A stretch of DNA of 64,000 nucleotides from NCBI GenBank assembly GCA_963693365.1, contig CAVNZM010000002.1, positions 10,410,328-10,474,327 of the forward strand, in the 5' to 3' direction. Shown here piece after piece: positions 49,844 through 63,561 of the stretch. Position numbers and translations under genes: made by a program. Origin of the DNA: Amoebidium appalachense. Its lineage: Eukaryota; Protista; Ichthyosporea. How positions within the stretch are numbered: position 1 is the first letter of the stretch; each line of letters starts with the position of its first letter. Below the pieces are notes generated by a model. The model ran no database searches. It had not been told where the DNA came from and was given only the letters and a program-made list of their open reading frames with translations.

Positions 49844-52457
49844 TGTTGGACTAGTGGCGGCTGCGCCACACCCTACAAGCGCACCATCTGAGTTCTAAGT
49901 CGGGGTGAATATAACATCTGCTGGCTTTTGTATGCCTTACCCTACAAAAATGAAAGCCAACAGAGAATAAAAAGGCTAAAAATACATTAACCAGTGGGAA
50001 CAATCGTATTTAACGTCAACTAGTGCAAAGTCTTTCACTGGCCCTACAGAACACGGCAGGTCACGTCTATCCCAGCCACACCACCAAAAACAAACCAAAC
50101 ACTGTGTGCACTCAGCAAGTCTGCACGATAGGCTTGCCCCGAAGGAGCGCTACTCGGATGGAAAAAGAAAAGCTAATGCACCTACTAAACACCTTCAAAA
50201 TTGAGCCACCGCTATACGACACCGAACTGTATAGCCGCCTGCGCTGGTCCCCCTCCCACACCTAAACAAACAACCCTTGTATAGCTCAGCTAACTGAATG
50301 AAACCTGACGCTTGTTCGCGCGACCGCTTTGAAATGGCGCAAACGGATGCATCGCACGGCCGTTGAGTTGTTCCACACATGATGGTGTTATGTGGATTGG
50401 CTACAGGTCAGGTCAGGTATGTGGCCAGGTCATCTAAAACAGCCATGAACTAATCAAAAGATTGAACTAAAACCTTAAAACCGATCATGTTCTCCCAAGT
50501 CTGTGAGCCTCGGATAGTAATCGAAAGTTATAAGAAAAATATATATGGATGCCTGATTTATTCTTTATGGTTTACTTTGACTAGCATAATATACCCTTTT
50601 GCAGAATAAAATGTATTGCAAATCACAGAACACGCTCTTTTTGAAATCTAGGCGGATATTGGCATTTTGAATCTATAGGTGGAAATTTATGGAAATTGGA
50701 GGACGTATGGGTTCCCCTCAGATTTCGAGAAACTTCGAAGAGGGCAGAGATCTTGGGGGAACGTGGACTGCCGGGGATGCCGGTTCCGCGGCCGCCGGTG
50801 GTGGCCGTCGTCCGCGGCCGCCCCTCGTAAGGACTCAGAGTAAGAGGGGGCCTTGAGAGGATGTGTGCTATGTGAAGCAATGTGCCACATGCCTCACCAA
50901 TAGTCTTAGACCGGCCAGCTGGTGTTGCAGAACTTTGCCTGGCTTCTTTCCATTGTCTGAGTTGGATCTTAGACAGTCACTAGTGTTGAGGCACCAAGGC
51001 CATGGCTTCTTCTCGTCAAGTTTAGTAGGGATGGATGGAAACATTCAAGTTGGAAGCGGGGCAACCGACCGGAGTGGCAAGCTGGCTGCCTAATGCATAT
51101 AAGCCCGTTTGTGGCGCTGTTGCCTATGGTTACCTGTGATGTGCCCATGGTGATGTTGCTCATGGTAATTTTGGTTCAGATCTTGAAGAGGTAAAGACGG
51201 AGTAACACACCCTTCTAGAAATTAGCCACGCGAACCATCTAGACATCCCAAGATAATGATATGGTCCTCGCAAATTCTTGGATAGTTGCAAACCTTAGGT
51301 AGAATGTTTGTGGTCTGCGTGGCGCATTATGCATGGAGGTGGCTCTCAATGAAACATAGGGCAGATGCCTCATGCACCAATTGCCGGCAGGGGGGTTTGC
51401 CGCCAAGTACTTATAGTGTGTGTGTGTGTGTGTATACGTATGTGTGTGTGTATACGTATGTGTGTGTGGGGGGGGGGGGGGGGGGGGGGGGAGGAAGAAT
51501 ATTTCCTGGGCCGGGTCAGGTTAACCCAAATCCTTTCTCTCTGCCGTTACTGGTAAAACAATTTTGTGCAGCCTCACATATATTAGACAGACCCATTAGA
51601 AAGTGCAAGGTGCAAGCATCTGCAATGGGGGCAAGCATATATGCACATGCAGTGGCTTCTACTAGTAACGGTGTTTAAGCCTGCATTTTGCCGTAGTCAA
51701 GTTTCACGCCGATCAAATGCCAGTTTTTTTGCCTGAGGGTGTATACACCCACACTGGCACTGGCCATAGCATACATATGCAAGTAATACTTTGTGTGAGT
51801 GTGCACACGCACAGTTTAATAGAACACGTAACTTCATGCCGAAAAGGGTGACAAGCGGCCCATGCACATATACAACAGAAACCAAAGGAACGAGCCCAAG
51901 GGCCTTTACTGCGGCCTCACAGAGACCACCAGCCACCAGTGGCAGCCAATCATTCGCAGCAGCTAAAAAATGCACTACCATATATGGTCATACACCCTAC
52001 CCATGCTCTATTCCCACCACCAACACCCTCACCCTGACCCATCACTTGTGGAGATCTGTCGTGAAGTGAAATTCGCTCAAACAGAATAAACACCAATAGA
52101 TGTACGAAGCAGTGCCTAAAAAAAACACAACAGAAGGCTTGGGTCACAGTGTTGCTCCCTCACTGCCAGCCACCGGACATGCTGGCCATCGGTCTGCCAG
52201 CAGTCAGAGCCAGCCCCCCCCCCCCCCCCAAAGGCCTGTCCCCAAGTCCCAAGTTATTAAGCATATAAAATTGGGAATAAATAAAACCATATAAATAAAT
52301 ACCCGTCGCTCCACCCACCCACCCACCCGCACCTCCAGACATAAAAAGTTAAAAACGAGAAAGCCTTGAAATGACGTTGACAACATACCAGGAGGTTTCC
52401 CCACATCTTCTGCCCACCAACCATCTTGTAGGGTGGCTCAGCTAGTAACGTCCATCT

Positions 52458-52577
52458 TTAGAACTGCAGCTTGTCTGCCTCCCCCTCGACCAAGTCGCCA
52501 TAGATGACAACCGTAGGTGGCGACTTGAGAATCCGAGTGGCCTGGGGGTTGTGTGTGTACGTATGTTTTTTTTTTTT

Positions 52578-52619
<42 letters not shown>

Positions 52620-52690
52620 TGAATGCGTCAAAAAGTACGAAGTACACAAGAACAAACGGATAACACGATGCAGAATGCAAGCCATACGTA

Positions 52691-52724
<34 letters not shown>

Positions 52725-52818
52725 GGAGTGGGGGAATGTATCATAAACGGTTGTCCGACAGTGGGTGTGTAAAGGGAAAGAGGTGTACGTGTATTTGTGA
52801 TAGTGGGTGGGGGGGAGA

Positions 52819-52864
<46 letters not shown>

Positions 52865-53160
52865 ACGTGGAGGAGAGGAAAGGGATATGCTCATAATGTG
52901 CCCGGAAAGTAGGGGGGGGGGGGGGGGGGGGGGGGGGGGTGTTACCAGGGTCAGCGGATGATATTATAAACAGAATACTAAAAACTGCGCGAGTAAATTG
53001 TTGCGGTGTGTGTGCACGCTCTAGTGCAAGGTGCTTTATTCATGTGAAAATGAATGCACTCAAACATGCGAGCAGATCTTCCTGTGCTGTGTAGGTCAAT
53101 GTCCTTGCCATTTGTCTTTAGTTTGTGTCGGTGGAAACATGTGTAGGCGAGTGTTTGTGT

Positions 53161-53244
<84 letters not shown>

Positions 53245-53280
53245 CTTTCTTTTCTCTTTTTTTCCTTTTTTTTTTCTTTT

Positions 53281-53325
<45 letters not shown>

Positions 53326-53339
53326 CGAGTAGATGATTT

Positions 53340-53383
<44 letters not shown>

Positions 53384-53725
53384 GGGTGGGTGGGTATGCA
53401 TGTGCGCGGAGGGGGGGGGAGGCGGGGGGGGGGGGGGGGGGGGGGGGGAGGGGGGCAGAAGGAGGCAGAGAGAAAGGGAGAGAAAAAAGTCCGAGAGGGA
53501 GAGCGTGTTCGTGTATGTGGGTATGAGTACGCAACAAGGTGCACGCAGACACATTTCCTTGCGATGTGAGCCTGTGCGTGTATGCTAATGCACAATACGG
53601 TGTGCATGGCTGAGTGTCTTGCTATGCACGTACTGTCGTGCGCACGTGTGTGCACGTGTATGTGTGCGCCTTTGTGTATATATGAAGGTTTGTGTGTGTG
53701 TAAGTTTGTGTGTGTGCATGCAGTT

Positions 53726-53802
<77 letters not shown>

Positions 53803-53807
53803 ATGCA

Positions 53808-53838
<31 letters not shown>

Positions 53839-54413
53839 TTTTGTGTGTGTGTGCATGCAGTGTGTGCATGTGTGTGTGTGTGTGCGCACACGCGCGCACG
53901 CGAATGTGTGTGCAGGGAGTGTATACATGTGTGTATGTGTGTGTGTGTGTGTGCATGCAGTGTGCACGTGTGTGTGTACACGTATGTGCCTCTACGTGTG
54001 TATGTGAGTGTGCATGTTAACACCATGCAAGCACGTACCACCCTGTGTATGTCGTTAGCGGTGACCTTGTCTATATTAGCACACAGCTCATGTGCCTGCA
54101 GCCTCTTGCCCGCTGTCAGGACCTGCTTAGCTATGTCCTCCATCAGCACGGCGTTGCTCTCCAGGTTCATCAACAGGCTGCTTTTTAATTGGTTCTTGGC
54201 CCGCATCAGCTCACGGGGCTCAATGGCCTCCATCATCCCGTACAGCTGCTGGCGGATGATCTGTAGCCAATCACAGCTTAGCATCAAGCAGGCACAGACT
54301 AGGATGGTCTGCCCGCAAAAACAGCCCAGACTCAAGAAACACCAGAGAACCCAGTCCCCCCCTCCCCCCCCCCCCCCCCCCCCGGTTCCCTTCCCCCCTC
54401 CCCTCCCCCCTAC

Positions 54414-54455
<42 letters not shown>

Positions 54456-54778
54456 ACCATCCCAAATAAACACTGCATGCAAGGTGCCCACCCAACCGAT
54501 CGCCCCCAAAGCCCCAAAATCACACCTTGATACAGGTCCCCCCATTCATTAGTACACCCAAACACCTTCTCAACCAAATTCACCCGCCTAATCCCCCCTC
54601 CCCCCCCCCCCCCCCCCCTCCCCCCCCCCTGGGACGGGTCGGGAGGGTGTTTGTGTGTGTGTGTGTGTGTGAGAGGGGGGGGGGGGGGGGGGAGAGGGGG
54701 GTTTTGAATGCGGAACACGGTACGAAGTACGCATACACGAAGGACACATGCCAAGGCAAACATTCAAGTATGCAACAA

Positions 54779-54817
<39 letters not shown>

Positions 54818-55117
54818 GGGGGACGCAGACACCAACACCGACACGGACACCGACGCAAACATACACGCACACACCCACACACACACACGGAAGGGCACAC
54901 ACACACACACCCACACACACACACGGAAGGGCACACACACACACACCCACACACACACAAAAGGGCACACACATCCATTGTCTGGCGGCTCTTTTTTGCC
55001 GGGGTGGAGGTGGAGATTCCAAACAGGCCCGAGTCCATGTAGCAGGTGTTGAAGGCCGTGCAGGACTCGAGGAACCCATTGCTGTTGAGCACCCGGCTGT
55101 ACAGCCGCGAATACATG

Positions 55118-55187
<70 letters not shown>

Positions 55188-56081
55188 GTGACCGTCATTA
55201 CCTACACACACAAAGCGCCTATGCAATCCAAGGGGCAACAAGGAGAAATCACCCATCATCACCTGCGCCAATACCATGTTCAGAAATGGTCAGAGGGAAC
55301 TGAAATATGGAGGCCAGCTGGAGCCAATCAAACAAATGCCTGGCATGCAGGAGCCAATCAATTAATGCCTGGCAAGCAGGAGCCAATAAGATATGGAGGC
55401 TAGCAGAAGCCAGTAAAGACCAACGACTTTGAAGCATTACACCATGCCCCATTAAGACACATGCACGTGCCCTGCCCACACCACAGCACCACTGCACGCA
55501 CCCTTGCCCGGGCCACCAGCGCTGAAAGACCCGCCACCACCCATCATCATCTGCAAGGTTGTGGCTGCATAGATATCGTCCTCGATCCACGACACCCCTG
55601 ATGAAACCATGCACCCCATCAACACACACCCACCATGCTGCCTGCCTGAATGTCCGATGGCCACCCCCCCCACACACTTCACCTTTCCCACACACACACC
55701 ACTTCCACCATTCCGCCCCTGCCCCACACCCACAACCTCAGCCCCCCCCCCCCCCCTCCCTTCGCGGAAAAGCCAAGCCCTTCTGCCCCCCTCCCCCTAG
55801 AGGATACATATGTGGTATACAAGTTAGCAGATGCTAAACCATTCCCCTCCCCCCCCCATCCCCCCCTCCCCCCTCCCCGCCCCTTCCTTCCCCCCCCCCC
55901 CCCCCCCCCCCCAAAAAAAAGCACCAGCTCTGTCGCACATCCACACCTTGCCACCACCACGCCCATGATCACCCGCCCTACCCCCCCCCCCCTCCCCCCC
56001 CCCCCCCCCCCCCCTCCCTGCCCCCATACACAAACACACACACACACACACGCACACGCACACGCACACGCACACACGCAC

Positions 56082-56139
<58 letters not shown>

Positions 56140-57981
56140 GCACACACACACACACCCTCGAGTGCCACGGTAATGTGCAGCAGCTTTTCCTTTTCAGGCT
56201 GTTCAGGCAGGGTGGTGTCGACATGCAGTTGGATGCGTCCCCCCGTGTACTGCGCCTTTTGCCGCTCGGGAGCAGGGCAAGGGGGATGTGCCGGTACGTC
56301 CTGTGTGTGTGTGTGTTGGGGGGGGGGGGGGGGGGGGGGGGGGGATGTATGTGTTACAGGGTTGGAAATATGGAGGAGACAACAAAGAGCAACAACAAAG
56401 CGTCACAAGGGTGGGAAATCCAAAATCAAACAATTTAAGCGTGCAGGCAGAAGACACTTGAACAGAGCCCATCATCAGGGGGATTCTTATGCCTCCATAA
56501 AAGCATGGGTTTCGACTCTTTAACCTCTCGCGCGTGGTTCCCAACCCATACTTTGTTTCAACAGCAATAGGCGAGTCCACCCGTCTTGGCCAAAGACGAG
56601 CAGGGTTGTTCAAGAAGCAGCGATCTAAGAACGCAGAGTCTACAAAATCTGCAAGCAGACAAAAAAACAAAGAAAGCAGACAAAAAACAAAGAAAGCAAG
56701 CAGAGAGATAGAGCATAAGCCGGGCTTCTACAAAGCTCCCCGACTCCCTAACCGATAGAGAAGGGGGGGGGGGAGGGGGAGGGGGGGGGGGGGGGGAGGG
56801 GGGCAGGGGAGAGAGGGAGGGGAGCGGGAGAGAGAGGGGGAAGGGGGGCGGGGGGGGGGGGAGGGGGGGGGGGGGGGGGCATGGAGACAGAGAAAACAGG
56901 GGGGCAACTATTTATTAAAAGGTCACCCCACGTAATAAACCAATAGGTTCGACCCATGCCACTGGGGGGTAGTGCACCTGACCGGGTGGAACTTTAACGT
57001 GTTCGAACGGGTGGGTAAGCCCCTGGCGGCCAGCCAGCATTCACCTTGTGCCCATGGGCTTTAGGAAGCCATAACGGTAGCCAAGTTGTATCACTACATG
57101 TGACACGCCATATGTCGAGACCCATTATGCACGGAGTGTAGTCTATATATATGTGTGTGTATATGATATTGACATCGTGTGTGAGTAAGATTATATTGGT
57201 GTGCGAATTCTTCGAATGATGGATTTGAGAAAAAATGAATAATGTGTGCCGCGATACATCGATGGATTGTTTCTGATGTATGATATGGTTTTATGAATGA
57301 GTTTATTGTAGATATATCCCTTAGCTAGTAGTCTAGATATTAGGGTAGCTGCGTGAATGGAGAAAGCATGCAATGAGGAGCACTAACGGTGATAGCTACA
57401 TAGTTGACTAGTTATGATACCATATTTGGCAGTGTTAAAAATGAATGAATCGATATGGAGATAGCGAACGATAGCGAGTTTAGAAAATGTGCTGGTATCG
57501 AGTTTATTGTATATGCTTGTGTGGATGCCGTGACTGGTTGCTCGGATATGGAGATCTAGATAGTTAACAGCGCTGCCTTCGTTAGCGAGATTGACTTGCA
57601 ATGTGTTTTTAGGATAAATGCCGTATGCGTTGTCTTCGATATAAAGGTGATTGCTGACGATATTCTTGTTGATAGAGATAAGATCATGGATATAGCGCTT
57701 AGTGAATTGGAATTCGATAAGAATATCTACACGCTGGTCGCGCACTAATTTTTCGAAAAGTTCTAATTCGTAAGTGAATAGATAATAGTTGGCTAGGAAT
57801 ACGGCGCAGTTCGCGCCCATCGGGATGTCTATTGATTGATGATAGAGATTGTCCCCGAAAGCCACGTAAGTGTTATCGATGAGGAAGCACGCAAGTTCGC
57901 AGAAAGGGGGGGGGAGGGGGGGGAGGGGGGATGTGACGTGTAACACAGTGGGTGCATAAGACCCGGCGTGTAAATGTATGC

Positions 57982-58026
<45 letters not shown>

Positions 58027-59378
58027 TCACGAGCTGTGTGTGCGCCGGAGTGTGAATCTATGCAGTTTATGTTAAGTGAGGGAGCAGGGGTATGCTGTGT
58101 GATTGTGCATGTGTGGATGTATGCCTTGTGTAAAAGCTTGTTTGTGTGCTTTTGTGTGTATGTGTGTGTGTTTGTGGGGGGGGGGGGGGGGGGGGGGGGG
58201 GGGTTGGCGTGTGCTGTGTGTGTAGGTAGGTGTAGCCTCGCCCACCCACCCATTCAGTCCCTCACATCGTCCCTCCCTCCCCCCCTCCCCCTTCTTTCTC
58301 CATCAGCCCACACCCTCCCCTCCCCCCTCTCGCCCTCAGTTCCCCCATCTCTATATATCTCTCCCTCTCTGCCTGTGCACATCTTACCTTGAAATATTTG
58401 TGAGCCAGCTCCACCAGATAGTCGTGGTCCACCCCCGCAGCAGCCAGCACCATGCGTGGGCCCACAAAGTTCTCGGCCATGTACTCTCGCAGCATGTCGG
58501 GGGTGATCTTTTCGATCTGTGCGCACAGTACCATGAAAACTTAGTGTTCCATATAACTAGTATTGAACAGAACAGATAAACAACTCTCCTCCCCTCCCCT
58601 CCTAAGGACATGCCCGCGCGTCCGCCCGCCCCGCCCACGCACACACGAACAGCAACTTTAGGCAATCCAACACACTGCCACCAAGCAACCAAACATCACC
58701 CAACAGTCTCCTCCATCAGCCTCAGGCCCCATGTGCCGACACGTGCACACACAATCCCCTCATCCACCTGTGTGGCTGTGTATGTGTGCGGGTAACTGCG
58801 CCTACAGCATGTGCCCCTACCATGTCCTCCGGGCAGACCAGGGGGTAGCCCAGGGTGTTGTTGTGGTATGCCGCCTGGTGCACCAGCTCAGGCACCACAC
58901 GGTCGGGCTGCAACCCCCCACGTCAGACCCACTGCCCCCCCCCCTCCACCTCCACCACCACAACCTCAACACACACACACTCCATCACCCTCACAGCAAA
59001 GGTTGTAACACCTCAGCCCTGACAACCCTCCCCCCCCCCCCCTCCCCCCTCTCCCCCTCCCTTCCGCCTGGCGCCCCCATGTACCCACGTGCCCCCCCCC
59101 CTACCTCCCCTTCCCAAGGCCTACCCCTATAAAGCCCTAAATCTCCACAAGAAATAAGCAGAAGCATCTCCCCCCCCCCACCCCCCTACCTCCCCCTTCC
59201 CAAGGCCTACCCCTATAAAGCCCTAAATCTCCACAAGAAATAAGCAGAAGCATCTCCCCCCCCCCCACCCCCCTACCTCCTTCCCCCTCCCCCAGCACTA
59301 CAGTACCCCAACCTTCCAACATATCCCCTTATTCCCCTCGCCCCCCTCCCCCCCCCCCCTGCAACCCCTTTCCCATTA

Positions 59379-59412
<34 letters not shown>

Positions 59413-59724
59413 ACACACACACACCCCCACATGCACCTTTGAGAGCATCTCCATGATCTCGTATCTGACCAGTGTCCTCTGCTCCTCCAGCTCATCCTCC
59501 AGCACCAGACTGTTCTGCACCACATCACCAAGGATGTCCACCGCTGCCTCAACGTCCTGGCTGAACACAGACGCATAGTACATCATCGTCTCACGTGACC
59601 CCTGCATGTGTGTGTGCGTGTGGGTGGGTGTGCATGTGTGTGTGTGTGTGTGTGTGTGCTCATGTGCATGTGTGCATGTGTGTGTGTGTGTGTTCATGTG
59701 TGTGTGTGTGTGTGTGTGTGTGTT

Positions 59725-59780
<56 letters not shown>

Positions 59781-62700
59781 CATGTGCATGTGTGTGTGTG
59801 GGTGTGTGTTGTGTGTGTGCGCGTGCGCATCTGTGCGTGGGCATATGTGTGCGAGCACAATGTGTCAGTCCACCAAGTGTCCTCGCTAGAACCCATAAAC
59901 AGAGCCCTGCGATGTATCTGGTCGCTGGAAGAGGAACAAACGTTTTGTCATAGGGTGGGGGTACGTAGGGGATGGAGGGATGAAGAAGACAGGAGGGGAA
60001 TTCAGACTGCCCTAGAAGCCAAGATCACACACAGGCATAAATTGACAGCAAAGAACACACGCGGTAAAGGTAACAGCGACTACTGCTTGGTGTTTCCTCC
60101 TCCCAAAGCTTAGAGCCCCCCTCCACCCCCTCCCCCCATAGTCAATGCCTCCTTCAACACTATCAGGAGAGATAGTGCGGTCAACTGCATTCGATAGGAA
60201 GAGCCGGGGGAAGGTGTGTGGGTCGTTAGGAACGAGACCTTTTTTCACTAATGCACACAGGCACCTACGTGCAACCGTGCTTGCCTATGGGTATGCAGAC
60301 GGCTAGTTTCAACCGTGCTTGCCTATGGGTATGCAGACGGCTAGTTTCAACCGTGCTTGCCTATGGGTATGCAGGCGGCTAGTTTCAACCGTGCTTGCCT
60401 ATGGGTATGCAGACGGCTAGTTTCAACCGTGCTTGCCTATGGGTATGCAGACGGCTAGTTTCAACCGTGCTTGCCTATGGGTATGCAGACGGCTAGTTTC
60501 AACCGTGCTTGCCTATGGGTATGCAGACGGCTAGTTTCAACCGTGCTTGCCTATGGGTATGCAGACGGCTAGTTTCAACCGTGCTTGCCTATGGGTATGC
60601 AGGCGGCTAGTTTCAACCGTGCTTGCCTATGGGTATGCAGACGGCTAGTTTCAACCGTGCTTGCCTATGGGTATGCAGACGGCTAGTTTCAACCGTGCTT
60701 GCCTATGGGTATGCAGACGGCTAGTTTCAACCGTGCTTGCCTATGGGTATGCAGACGGCTAGTTTCAACCGTGCTTGCCTATGGGTATGCAGATGGCTAG
60801 TTTCAACCGTATTGCCTATGGGTATGCAGATGGCTAGTTTCAACCGTGCTTGCCTATGAGTATGCAGATGGCTAGGTTCCATGCTGACGAATTTTGGCGT
60901 ATGCATGCACACGTGGGCCTTGTGCATGTGCGTGTATGCACATGCTCGTGCACAAACCTACTGCATGCATGCATGTGTGTGCCTGCCTTATGTTTGTGCC
61001 CAGGGGCTGTGAGTGTGGCGGAGTTTCGCGTGTGCACAAACATAGGACCCTTACACAGGTGTGTGTGCACAAAATGTGGTGTGGGTGTGTGCACAACATC
61101 CGGTGTGGGTGTGTGCACATATAAAGTGGGCGTATGTGCACATATAAAGTGGGCGTGTGTGCACATATAAAGTGGGCGTGTGTGCACATGTGGTGTGGGT
61201 GTGTGCACATATAAAGTGGGCGTGTGTGCACATATAAAGTGGGCGTGTGTGCACATATAAAGTGGGCGTGTGTGCACATATAAAGTGGGCGTGTGTGCAC
61301 ATGTGGTGTGGGTGTCTGCACACATGTGGTGTGGGTGTGTTTGTCTGCATGCACGTGACCAGAGCACGCACCTGGCTCAGTGCGTTGCCCCCCAGCCTCT
61401 CGAGCTCAGCAATCAGCTGGCGCCGTGACCTCTTCTTTGTGCTCTGCACCCACAGGGTTACCACCCACCACTAGAGTCGTCACCCCTACCCTTTCCACAC
61501 TAACACCCATCCTCCCCCCCCCCCCCCCCCCCCCCCCCCCCGCCCGCCTCCCCCTCCCCCTCACCCACCCAACACACACCTCCTCTTCCGTTCTCAAACA
61601 CTCACACAAAAACAAAACATTTCTCTTTCTTTTTTTTGGAGAGGGGGAGTAAGAGGGGGACAATCTCCTCATTCTCCAAAGGCAAACACACTCGCACACG
61701 TCGCCCACCACCCCCCCACCCTGCCCCTGGCCCCCTTTCCCCACACCCTCCCCCCACACACACACACACTACCCCCCCCAACACACAAAGACACATACGA
61801 CCCCCCCCCCTCCCCCTACCATTCCCCCTCCCCCCCTCCCCCCCCCCCCCCCCTCCCCTACATACAAACATCATACCTATCCCTCTGGGCCCCTCCCCAC
61901 CTCCTTCCCCTTCTTACCTTGTAGGACATCCTGTCGAGCAGGTGGCTCACACCGTGCTGGCCTGGCCTCTCATATCTGGTGCCCGTGTCCACCACCACCC
62001 CCAGTGTGGCAAATGCCCCCGGTGTGTCCTCGCTGGCTATCTTGAGTCCAGACGGCAAAGTAGTCACGGAGGTGGCAGGCATGTGCGCACTAGAGGGTTG
62101 GGGGGGGGGGGGGGGGGGTAATAGGCAGGTGGAACAAGAAAGGGGATCAGAGTACAAGCAGCAACGGGATAAAGCAGGGGCTGGATGGGTGGTCGGGATG
62201 GAGGGGGGGGGGGGGGGGGGGAGGATAAAGTAGGTGAATGGGTATTCAGGAGGAGGGTAGTGCGCTGACGAGTGGGGGAAGAGAGCAGCTGCTCACTGAG
62301 TGAGCCAGGCATACAGAAGGGGGGAGGTGGGGTAGGAAACGGGAAATCCTCGGGGTGCCGCCGTGTAAGCACTTAGTGTCCCCATGACTCGTCTGAGGGA
62401 TGCCCAACACAATTTCTCCAGCTCCACAGCCCTACCCAGAACATGCCCCGCCTACCCCACACACTCCATGTGTTGCTTCTCTAAACCCACTCAATAGCCT
62501 CCCTCTCCCATCCACTGCAGCCACCCACCTGTCTATTTCACTGTATTTAACCTGGCCCAGGCCTGGCCATGGCTCTGTGAGGGGCACGTCCAGAGCAGAA
62601 AATGTGGACTTTTTTCTGAGTGCTGCAACAGCAGTAGCGGCACTAGCAGCCGCCTGAGGAGGGGGGGGGGGTGAGGGGGGGGGGGGGGGGGGGAGGGGGG

Positions 62701-62892
62701 GGGGGGGGGAGGATCCAACGATGGGCACAGATAAGTCCTCTAGTAAACAGTTGATAAAAATGGAGGCACAGGTATACTGATGTCAAAAACTTGCTTGTAG
62801 TGCTATCCTTGCACGTGCGAACGTTTGGGGGTCTTAGTGTCTGTATGTTTGTGTGTGTGTTTGTGTGTGTGTTTGTGTGTGTGTTTGTTTGT

Positions 62893-62949
<57 letters not shown>

Positions 62950-62983
62950 GTGCGTGTGTGTTTTGTGTGTGTGTCTGTCTGTC

Positions 62984-63053
<70 letters not shown>

Positions 63054-63096
63054 TGCGTGCGCGTGTGTGCTTGCGTGTGAGTGCGCGTGTGTACGC

Positions 63097-63143
<47 letters not shown>

Positions 63144-63561
63144 CGCGTGTGTGAGGTCTCTCCCTCTCTCTGCCCCCACCCTCCGCGCATCTCTCTGTGT
63201 GTATGACTGCGTACGGTTGTAGCTGGGTGTACAGGTGTAAGTGTGTGGGCATGTTCGCTTGAATTTCTGGTGTTGCAGATTGCGGTCAAGTGAGTATACA
63301 CGAGTGGCGAAATTCGCATGCTTGTGCAAAACGTGTGTGAATGTGGTGTCCCTTAAATCCCTCCTGTGTGGTTGCACCTGTAGCTCCTGCGTGTCTGTGG
63401 AGTGTAAATCGTAGCAAGAAGGCGAGTGTGAAGCTGTTCTTGTGCGTGAGTGAACTGGCTCGAGTGCAGCAGTCAACATGCAAGACACGTTTGCCCCCTC
63501 CTGCCACTGCACGTACCTGGGCGGCGCTCAGACGGCCCAGACACCTCGCCGTAGACAGCAT
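52458..63561 (-). CDS. PMPCA: Mitochondrial-processing peptidase subunit alpha (M16B), 12 exons: 63561-63517, 62653-62529, 62089-61918, 61443-61372, 59601-59437, 58907-58821, 58516-58388, 56300-56156, 55597-55502, 55118-54973, 54260-54039, 52541-52458; 495 aa
   Basis: Arg/Ala-rich presequence [15 protein letters not shown]; [14 protein letters not shown]; DTGTRYE; non-catalytic [10 protein letters not shown]; glycine-rich loop [21 protein letters not shown]; DSGLFGI; [19 protein letters not shown]. All introns GT-AG, frame intact. Confidence 0.96.
55312..55415. repeat. Degenerate tandem repeat of about 30 bp containing GGAGCCAAT (PMPCA intron 9)
   Basis: GGAGCCAAT occurs three times at roughly 30-nt spacing. 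Confidence 0.6.
56900..57905 (-). mobile_element. 5'-truncated, inactive Penelope-like retroelement (RT C-terminal half plus 3' UTR) in PMPCA intron 7
   Basis: [37 protein letters not shown] (PLE RT motif, normally GIPMG), KRYIHD (normally RYIDD), [14 protein letters not shown], thumb KYGIITSQ...LLAKGY. In-frame TAG at 57385-57383; ORF ends at 57191 with no GIY-YIG. AT-rich relative to the host and flanked by C tracts. Confidence 0.85.
59095..59285. repeat. Tandem duplication of about 86 bp (PMPCA intron 5)
   Basis: CAAGGCCTACCCCTATAAAGCCCTAAATCTCCACAAGAAATAAGCAGAAGCATCTCCCC is present twice. Confidence 0.88.
60272..60879. repeat. 38-bp minisatellite, about 16 almost identical copies (CAACCGTGCTTGCCTATGGGTATGCAGACGGCTAGTTT), PMPCA intron 4
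   Basis: Period of 38, only occasional single substitutions, no spacers. Confidence 0.96.
61095..61335. repeat. 21-23-bp minisatellite (GTGTGCACATATAAAGTGGGC), about 7 copies plus variants
   Basis: Directly visible. Confidence 0.88.

Noticed and set aside
50460-51180. Possible ncRNA (GC-rich segment, Sm-site-like AATTTTGG at 51167, short TAAAACC repeat suggesting a telomerase template)
   Set aside because: No recognisable snRNA or telomerase RNA structure, and the motifs are too short to be significant.
51780-52300. Short + strand ORFs downstream of PMPCA
   Set aside because: No domain similarity or splice chain; probably the antisense of the PMPCA 3' UTR or intergenic DNA.
56455-56525. 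Possible type II hammerhead ribozyme on the minus strand (GTCGAAAC...CTGATGA) near the PLE
   Set aside because: Both core boxes are present, but I cannot build stem I, stem III or an NUH cleavage site, and stem II needs a 2-nt insertion. An Infernal search would be needed to revive it.
57383-57385. Selenoprotein-type Naiad recoding in the PLE ORF
   Set aside because: The internal stop is TAG, not TGA, and the catalytic motif is also mutated; this is simple decay.
60272-60879. CRISPR-like appearance of the 38-bp array (also the 33- and 46-bp arrays)
   Set aside because: Head-to-tail units with no unique spacers, no cas genes, and a eukaryotic intronic or intergenic context.
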